Assembly (NCBI GenBank): GCA_964016885.1
Contig: OZ024742.1
Span: 74,648,001 to 74,712,000, forward strand
Direction: 5' to 3'
Length of the DNA: 64,000 nt
Origin: Eledone cirrhosa
Lineage: Eukaryota
Every line of letters starts with the position of its first letter. Positions within the stretch are counted from its first letter, which is position 1. Of the stretch, positions 55,861 to 64,000 are shown in pieces. The translations under genes and the position numbers were made by a program. The notes below the pieces were generated by a model. That model saw only the letters and a program-made list of their open reading frames with translations. It did not search any database and had not been told where the DNA came from.

Positions 55861-56199
55861 ATATATGTGTATGTGTGTGAATGCATGTGTGTGTAAAAGG
55901 GAGGAATGGGGGTGGTGAAAAAATTACGGCAAAAGCAGCCAACAGCCCTCCAAACTTTTCCACGCTCTGCGTGAGTGTATTTGTATGTGTGCTTGAGCGT
56001 ATGTGTGTATGTGTGTATGCGTGTGTACTTGTGTGAGTTTATTGGTGTTGGGTTTATATTTATACACACAAATATATATTATAACAACGATATTAATCCA
56101 ATTGTAAATTTGTGTGTGTGTGTATGTGACAGCTCACATCTGTGCAGGTTTAGCTGGCCTCCCCCAAGGTATATCTGGTTGGAGGTGTCTTGGGTAATT

Positions 56200-56370
56200 T
56201 TAATGATAGGGACCCAGTCCTATCATCTCATTTCTACAGCTGAGTAAACTGGAGCAACGTGAAATAAAGTGTCTTGCTCAACGAAACAACACATCACCCG
56301 GTCCGAGAAATGAACTCAACCTTTCGATTGCAAGCCCAATGCTCTAACCACTAAGCCACGCGCCTTCACA
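56200..56370 (-). mobile_element. tRNA-derived SINE with CORE-like body (related copy 58753-58865, +)
   Basis: TGTGAAGGCGCGTGGCTTAGTGGTTAG head; TTGAGCAAGACACTTT body. Confidence 0.7.
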
Positions 56371-56906
56371 ATTGTAAATACAGGTGTATATAACGATTCG
56401 AATGTCAATAATATATTCAATATGTTTGTATATATAAGAATATGTAATTATACATATTTAGATATACTCCCTCTCCCAGCGAGAGTTTGTTTATTTACAT
56501 AGGTTAACATGTATACACACGCGCGTGCGCACACACACGCATACACATTTTATGTGTGTAGAAATCTATATATTATTTGCAGATATCTGTATTTATATGT
56601 CCGTTGTACAATGCCAATGAGTGAATAAGAAGGGGAGAAAGAGAAATAAAATGGCTGTTTACTTCTCCTCAACTCCCTCCTTTTTCATGACAACTTTGCC
56701 GTCTCTTTGAAACATTTCGATAGAGAGAGAAATGTAAATAGTAGGAAAGAGCGTATAAGGGAGTTTTTGAGTGAGTTAGAAAGGGAGAGAGTGAAAGAAA
56801 TATACATAGAGACAAAAAGAGAGGGAGAGTTACAGAGGGTGAGAGAGAATATGTGTGTGTGTGAGAGAAACACAGAATGAGAACGAGGGAGAAAGAAACA
56901 GAGAGG

Positions 56907-56938
<32 letters not shown>

Positions 56939-56949
56939 ACAAGTTCATT

Positions 56950-57570
56950 ATTTTTATACCGGCATTTAAACTTATTTTTGATCTGGGATTTATCGTTATT
57001 ATTTTTAATTCGGCGTTTATACTTATGTTTTTAATCCGGCATTTTCACGTTTTATTTCTAATCCGGCATTTACACTTATAATTGATCCCGTATTTACCTT
57101 TATTATTTTTATTCCGGTATTGGAGGGCGGTTGATTGGAGTATTGGGAGAGGGTCCGAAGCCATGCTTTGACGTATAGAGTTACGGCCCTTGCCATTCTG
57201 AGTTCAAATGCCGCCGAGGTTAACTTAGCCTTTCATCCTTACGGGGTCGATAAAATAAAGTACCAGTAATGCACTGGATAATTGCTGGCCTTGTGCCTAA
57301 CGTAGAAACAATTATTTTTATTCCGGTATTTACACTTAATATTTTTAATCCGGCATTTACCTTTATTATTTTAAATACTGCATTCATTCTTATTAATTTT
57401 AATCCGGCACTGGCACTTACTATTTTTAATCCAGCATTTACTCTTATTATTTTCAATCCGGTATTCACCCTTTTTATTTTTAATCCGGCATTTACACTTA
57501 TTATTTTTATTTCGGCATTTACACTTATTATATTTAAACCGGTATTTCTCCTTAATGGTTTTAATCCGTA
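56950..57570. repeat. Minisatellite of about 27 bp (TTATTTTTAATCCGGCATTTACAC-like) interrupted by a SINE
   Basis: Direct reading; explains the periodic ORFs 57269..57571 and 57220..57468. Confidence 0.9.
57122..57310 (+). mobile_element. ATT-family SINE with 20-bp TSD
   Basis: ATTATTTTTATTCCGGTATT at 57102-57121 and 57311-57330. Confidence 0.92.
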
Positions 57571-57603
57571 GCCTGGACAAAGAAGTCAACTACTTCAGAA
57601 CTA

Positions 57604-57692
57604 TTCGACATATCAATGGGATCATTCGATAATGCTGATATATGCGACATGGTTGGCTTATTTATTTTAGATACGTTACAAACCAGATTCCC
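57604..57692 (+). mobile_element. Penelope-like RT fragment
   Basis: FDISMGSFDNADICDMVGLFIL, homologous to FDVSMGATDSAEVTDL near 51595. Confidence 0.7.
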
Positions 57693-57822
57693 GGATTTCC
57701 ACCCTCACAAGATGTGTTTCCTCATTTCTCTTTTAGCACTACACCACTGGATGCAACACAGGGATCCTGAATTTATTAACTTATTCGGTCGTTATATATT
57801 TCTCACTTTCACATGTACTTAC

Positions 57823-58037
57823 AAGGTTATTTGGTGTCTTTTCTTTTCTGCATCATAGCAAACGACCACTACTTTGTCCGGAGCTGTTTCACTCAAATTA
57901 CGCAATCTTTCAGGAATCGTTTCATATGATATCTCCTGATTGTTTTCTTGTATGTGAAGGTAACTAGCCATTTTTGACAATTTACAGACTTCGGGTTTCT
58001 GATTTCTATTAATTGGTTTTGTTCTAAAACCAGACAT
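57823..58037 (-). CDS. N-terminal exon of an acyl-CoA synthetase-like (AMP-binding, ACSF2-like) protein
   Basis: SYLH...YETIPERL...APDKVVVV...R..IT resembles ANL-family N-termini. Ends at donor TT|GTAAGT (57822-57817). No downstream exons recognised. Confidence 0.6.
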
Positions 58038-58304
58038 GAAAAGAAGGAAACAGAAACTACAAGTACAGTTTAAAATACATATTAATTTATTTATATTATT
58101 ATTTTGTAAGCAAATTTTAAAAGAATAATTTTCTCAGTTTATATGACCATTTTACATCTCTCATCATGCTTTAATCTTAGTATACACTCCTAACAACAGA
58201 GGCAGCATACAATATATATAATTTTTCACAATCTTACCCAAATTACCCTTAAATAAATTAAAATTAAATTGTGTGTGTGTGTGTGAGTGAGTATGTGTGC
58301 GTTC

Positions 58305-58360
<56 letters not shown>

Positions 58361-59396
58361 CTCGCGTGCGTAAAGCGAGTTGGAAGAGATTTCATGGGTT
58401 GAAAATATCATACTGCTAATCCGTCAGTAATAAGTGTGCGTGTGTACAAATATGTTTGTATTTTTAAGAAGTATGTATATATGTTTAACTATTTTGCCGC
58501 TGTAAGCATCGGTGAAAAACCGATATTCTCCTAGCGAAGAAGTTCCGGAAAACACAATGAACCAGTTCTTATTTATATTGGTGCGGGTGTGTAACAACAG
58601 CGGTAGACTGTCAGACAAAAAGCATAGCGAATTTTTTAATTACGTCCCTTTAAACTTACTCTGAGGTTGAGCATGTCTTTCTTTGTTCCATGCTCGATAA
58701 AAATAAGTACCATAAGTACTACATTCAATCAAGTTCAATACATCGAAATATATGTGAAGGCTTGTGGCTTAGTGGTTAGAGATTTGATTTGCAATCGTGA
58801 GGTTGCGAGTTTAATACTCAAACCGTTGTCTCCTTAAGCAATACAATTTATTTTACGTTGCTCTTTCTGCCAGGAGTTGCGACCGGTAGATAGTATTAGC
58901 AATGGAAAAACCAATGGAAACATTGTTTCCTTGGTCCGATTTGACGAAGTCAACCCTATTCGGCAAGCGAATGAAATCTGGGATCTTGTCGATCGATCAG
59001 AGCGATGTGTGATCGATGTAAGCTATGAATGTATGAATGAATATAGGTAGTGTGAATAAAGAAATTCCGAAGTAAATTTAAACTAAACTTTAAACCGGCA
59101 AACAATCCCCTTAGCAGCATCTTATTGCATATGTTTTAATATATTACTGACGGAATTACTTCCCACAGAGAAATTATACCGAAACTCAAAAGAAATTAAT
59201 TTAGCACAAGATTACGAAAGATTTGTGTAATAAAATTAATTATATACTTATTAAATAATTAAGTAAGATATATTTTATTTAAAAGATAAAGCGATATTTC
59301 TTTCGGATGAAACAGGAAATTATGAGATTACATACACAAACACCTTCATTAAAGAAAAATATATCAGAAAGTATAAGGGAAAGAAAATCAACTTAC

Positions 59397-59481
59397 CAGC
59401 TTAGTTGTTGACGATAAAATAACAAACATTCTAATATTCCAGCTAATATGAATTCACTGACAAGCGACTCTATACTGTGAC
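59397..59481 (-). other. Candidate upstream exon
   Basis: Acceptor tttgcAG and donor CTG|GTAAGT. Confidence 0.4.
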
Positions 59482-59542
59482 CTGCAAATGGGTCTATTTC
59501 ATGTTGAACGTTACTGATAACATTTCAATAAAATCAATAATA

Positions 59543-59743
59543 TAGGGTGGCCACTGAAAGACTCAATTTTATAAAACAAAAATAAATTTTACAAACAAAT
59601 GGTTTTTTTATTTTTTTAATTATTTTATTTGGAAATATAAGTAATTTTTTCAGCATTATGTGTGAAATACAACAAGGGGTGGTCTATAACCTGGAAACAA
59701 ATTAAATAAAAAAGATTGAACTAGTTTTTCAGTGGCCACCCTG
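59543..59743. mobile_element. Tc1/mariner-type MITE
   Basis: TIR (C/T)AGGGTGGCCACTGAAA at both ends with flanking TA. Confidence 0.88.
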
Positions 59744-59883
59744 TACAAACATTTTGTTTTCCTTATCAACTACATAATGATGATCACCATCATCATATTA
59801 TTGTTCAGTAATGCACTGGGGTAATTGCTGGCCTTGTGCCAAAAGTAGAAACAATTATTATTATTTTTATTATTATTATTATT

Positions 59884-61364
59884 GTGGAAGAATACGCCGC
59901 AGGAAATTCTACTCCCGTAAGTTTGTGATTTTTGAAAAGTTTTTATTGCGAACTTATTGTAAAAATTTATATTGTTTCGTGTTTAAACACACCCCGCTTC
60001 TCTGAAGGTGGTCGAAATTAATCGGTATTTAACCCATCGGCGCTAAATTCCAATTTGAACTTTGCATTTGGCAAATACGTCCACAAAAATAAGGAAAATG
60101 GCGTCACTCAAAAAATCCCTTTCTCCACCTTGTGTTCACTCAAAATTCTGTTCTTCACCAAGCTGTCAGCTTTGAGTCTGGCTTTCCTTTTCGTCTTCTT
60201 CATCCTCATGCAGTGAAAGTCAGGCAAAGGCCATTTCACCTTCTTCATCAGGCGCGGTCGAGAAGCTGCTGATTCATTTGGCAACAACGGCAACAAAGGA
60301 GGTAGCAGCAGCAGCGACAGCAGTAACAATAACACCAGTGGTAGCAGTAGCAGCAGCAGCAGCAGCAGCAACTGCAACAACACCAGTTGTAGCAGTAGCA
60401 ACAGCAACAGCACCAACAACAAGACCAGTAGCAGCAGTAGTGGCAGCAACAATGGTGCCACTGAAAAAGGGACCATCTCTTTTGCAAGGGTGGCACGCAA
60501 CGTAGAGACAGTCCTGGTCACAGAGGAGGAGATGGCGGTCGCAAGACACATGGTAACCAGAACTGAATTTTCAGTGTCCTTGAAACCACCAACCGATTTC
60601 ATGGAGGAACAATTGCCATGAAATCCCGTCGTGTGGAGAGAGTCACGGAAGCTCAGATACAAAAGGCCTAGGGGTCTGTGTGGGAACGGACAACCCACAT
60701 CTCCCGAGGCAGGAAGTATGCTGCGGTGGACGTCCTTTTTGCTACTATCCAGGAAGCAAAATCTCACTCCTTTACAACCCTACTGAGTGATGAAATAACA
60801 TTAGTCCCTTTTTACTGCGGGAAAAAATTACAGGGTGACCCAGAGCCCATCGTACGTACCCGCGCCTTGGCTGGTTGTATCTGTCCTTGCGGGCATCGAG
60901 GACAAAACGACCATTCTGTAGGTACAAAAGTTGGGGAGAGAGGACTGGTCCGGTATTGGAATGGAGATGCTCATCCAAACCGACCAGGAATGCATCAGCG
61001 CTATTCCCTACATAACAGACCTCGGGAATGGCTTCCAACTTCCCATATCTGTGGAAAGAAGGCACCCAAAATGCTACAACTGTGGATCAGAAACTCACCT
61101 CATGACCTTCTTTCCTCAGAAGATAACAAAGAGCAAGGTCCTCCTCTTTCCAACGCCGGAATAGCTGCCATCAGGAACAAGGCAGGCAGCGAGGAAGTCG
61201 GGATCTTCTACAGAGAGTAGGAGGACAACGTCCGTGGCACCCACACCAAAGCCACGGACAACAAAAACAGCGGCGGCAATTGCAGCAACAGAAACAGTTG
61301 CACTAGCTGCACCTGTGCCAAGGACGGCAGACCAGGCTCCACCACCACCACCACCACCACCACC

Positions 61365-61396
<32 letters not shown>

Positions 61397-63623
61397 ATGA
61401 GAAAGTATAACTAATACCCTGCCACCGACCTCTCACACTCGGACATGAAGTATGAGGCGGCTGAGGAGTGGAAAACGGTCTGCAAGAAAACCAAATGGAA
61501 AAACACTACAGCTTCCCCCTCCAAAAGCGAGGACAAAGAAAGAGGGCTAAAGGCTGCAAGGCAACTTGCAGCAACACCACCACCATCACCATCACGACCA
61601 TAAGCATCACCACCAACAACCACACCACCACCACCACCAGCATCATCACAAGCATAAACATCGCAGACACAACAAAGCACACACACCCAACAGCAACAAG
61701 AAGAAAACAGCAACAAAACAAAGCCCCCCCCCCCCCCCCCCGAAAAAAAAATGACACACCCATAAATATTGCAAACAACGGATTAATGGAACATATAAAG
61801 CAGCACACAGACATTACAGACAAAAATTACCCCACCAACACTAACATTACCAAAAAATATAAACATTGTCGAAATTAAACTGGAACACTCTTCGGGTGCT
61901 TTTGTGCTAGCATGTGTAGTGTACATATTGATATTATACGCAAATATACATGCATGTAGATACGATACATCAAATAAAATAGTAATTAACAATATGCACA
62001 GAAATTGAACGAAGTCTGTGTTACACTGTCTTCTGTAATCAGTAAAGTAATCTATGATACATTAAAGAAAGACGATATTATATATAAACTGCATTAAGAG
62101 AGAATTAGCGACGGAAATATATGCGATGTTTTTATAAGTGTTATAAATATAACCGGAAGTGTTGACTTTGAAAATTTTAAAGCAGTGAATCTTTAGATAA
62201 ACAATAAAATATATTTAATCAAGAGTTACAAAATTTAGTACATAAATTATGTAATATTCGTTCATTATTTATTCAACGTAAAAGGGCGGTGGATTGGCAG
62301 TATCGGTAGAGGGTCGGACGCCATGCTTTCCAGCATAGTTACGTCCCTTTACGATCTGAGTTCAAATCCCGCCGAGGTTGACTTTGCCTTTCATCCTTAC
62401 GGGGTCGATAAAATAAAGTACCAGTAATGCACTGGGTAATTGCTGGCCTTGTGCCTAAAGTAGAAACAATTATTTATTCAACGTAATCCAAGTTATTTTA
62501 CAAACGGGGTAAAAAAATATATTCTGAACGCAGTCCCGCACTCCTTTCTTTATTGTAGTTAAGATTTAAAACAAAAATATCCCAACTCCATTGGGTATTT
62601 CAGGGGGTCACTCACCAAGAGAATATACACAGATATCATCTTGGAGACGGTTCGACTGTTCCTTCCCCACACGATCAAGGTAAGTGATCCTTTCTCACTC
62701 ACCCGTTCCTCACCCAGCATGGCTGTACTTAGAATAGGCAGTGTAAATGTACGTGGCCTGGGGTCATCTTGGAAGCAGGTCCACCTGTTTAACGACCTCA
62801 GGTCACTAAACATAGATGTGGTGGCCATCAGCGAGACCAGAATCTCCGAAGCACGAGCCTTCGCACCGATCTTCGGTGGCTAAGATGTATACGCATCTTC
62901 CAGCCGTCCGGAAGCGGAGGGGGGGGGGAGCGGAGTTGCTGTGCTTATTCCGAGAAGCTTGGATCTCGCCATACGGGTCATCTTCCTGGACCAAGAACGT
63001 AAGTCGGTGGTGCTGGACGTGACTGGCAGTGAAGGCAATGCTTTCAGGCTAGTAGCCGTTTACGCCCCAACAGGGGCAAGACAGCCAGATTTCTTCAGAG
63101 GTCTAGAGACTTTTCTTGGAACGTCCCGCTCTTTAGTGTGAGTGGGTGACTGGAACGGTATCTTAGATGCACGCTGGGATTATGTGGGGCTAGTAGACAG
63201 ATGAAGAGGGTGTAAAAACCTCAACAACCTGCTCAGACATTTTGAACTTTCTGACAGGTATAGACTGGATTATCCGAATGTGCCAATGGGGACATGGGCA
63301 AACCGCATCGAGTCATCCAGATCGTATATAAATTGGATATTCTGTAGTGAAACAGACAAGGTTAGTTTAGGTTGTCCTCATTTTAAAGTAGTCGACTACA
63401 CGGGCCACAAATTTGTGATCTGTGAAGTTGACTTAGATAGACTCCATAGGCAAGGGCCCGGTTACTGGAGCTGAACGCGTTCCGGCGCGCGAAGCTTACA
63501 GAGACCGGATTAGCCAATTAGTTAAGCGTGCGTTGACGGGTGCGATCGTCAACAACATGTGGCGGTTTACCCTGAAAAGGACAATTAGAGTAGAATCGAT
63601 AAGGTTTAGCAAAGTGGTAGTGA
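59884..63623 (+). mobile_element. Tx1 family C copy, 3'-truncated, interrupted by an insertion at about 61890-62558
   Basis: Reverse-complement homologue of 35280-38158. Begins after an ATT run that is the tail of a SINE fragment (59806-59853). ORF2 ATG at 62719. Confidence 0.9.
62282..62468 (+). mobile_element. Full-length ATT-family tRNA-derived SINE with 18-bp TSD
   Basis: A box TGGCAGTATCGG, B box GAGTTCAAATCC; ATTATTTATTCAACGTAA at 62264-62281 and 62469-62486. Confidence 0.93.
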
Positions 63624-64000
63624 ACATTATGCTAAGAATTTAACCTACGTTCGTGCGATATTTAATGGATTCGATGAGGGAAGAATTCTTGTGGGAAAAG
63701 CGAAACGATGTGTCACATCGCCAACAATAGAATCGAATTTGACACAGAGTGTTTGATACTATTTGCCACTAAAGAATTTAATTTAAAAAATCGAAGAGTT
63801 CACAATATTCAATTGAAGAAACATTTAAGTCTCACTGGTTTGAACTTTGCCCAAGATCCCTGCAAAATAAAAAAAGTACCTGAGCTCTAGATTACAGGAA
63901 AACAATCTTGGATGAATTTGCCGAATGGAAAACTCGTCAATATCTCCCATGGAATACAGTTTCTTGTTTAACTGTCAACCTACATGAGCTAGTGTCGAGC

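Noticed and set aside
62284-62375. tRNA gene
   Set aside because: The A/B boxes belong to a multi-copy SINE head with a TSD; there is no proper cloverleaf.

Overview
AT-rich, microsatellite-rich animal genomic DNA, inferred to be an octopod cephalopod from the SINE and repeat style. It is not prokaryotic, and most entries in the six-frame track are transposon fragments or noise. The window is dominated by retrotransposon arrays built inside (AAT)n microsatellites, at 1-8.3 kb and in a 21-kb block at 17.1-38.2 kb. These arrays contain three diverged families of Tx1-clade LINEs (here A, B, C) and a tRNA-derived SINE, all with (ATT)n on their sense strand. They also contain R4/Dong-type restriction-like-endonuclease LINEs in the opposite orientation; one keeps an unbroken 788-aa RT-RLE ORF. 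The SINE and Tx1 families share a covarying 3' stem-loop (loop CTTGT). All three Tx1 families carry AAG|GTAAGT over the ORF1 stop, 32-34 nt upstream of the ORF2 ATG. I reconstructed by hand a 5-exon, phase-consistent, 292-aa host gene on the minus strand (39631->9160; signal peptide + PAN/Apple-like domain + uncharacterised domain); its 24-kb intron holds the large array. Also present: an isolated acyl-CoA-synthetase-like exon, Penelope-like (GIY-YIG) elements with several hammerhead ribozyme motifs, RTE remnants with tandem C2H2 fingers, two Tc1/mariner MITEs, and a 200-N gap flanked by a probably artefactual duplication. All calls are by eye; no database search was run.
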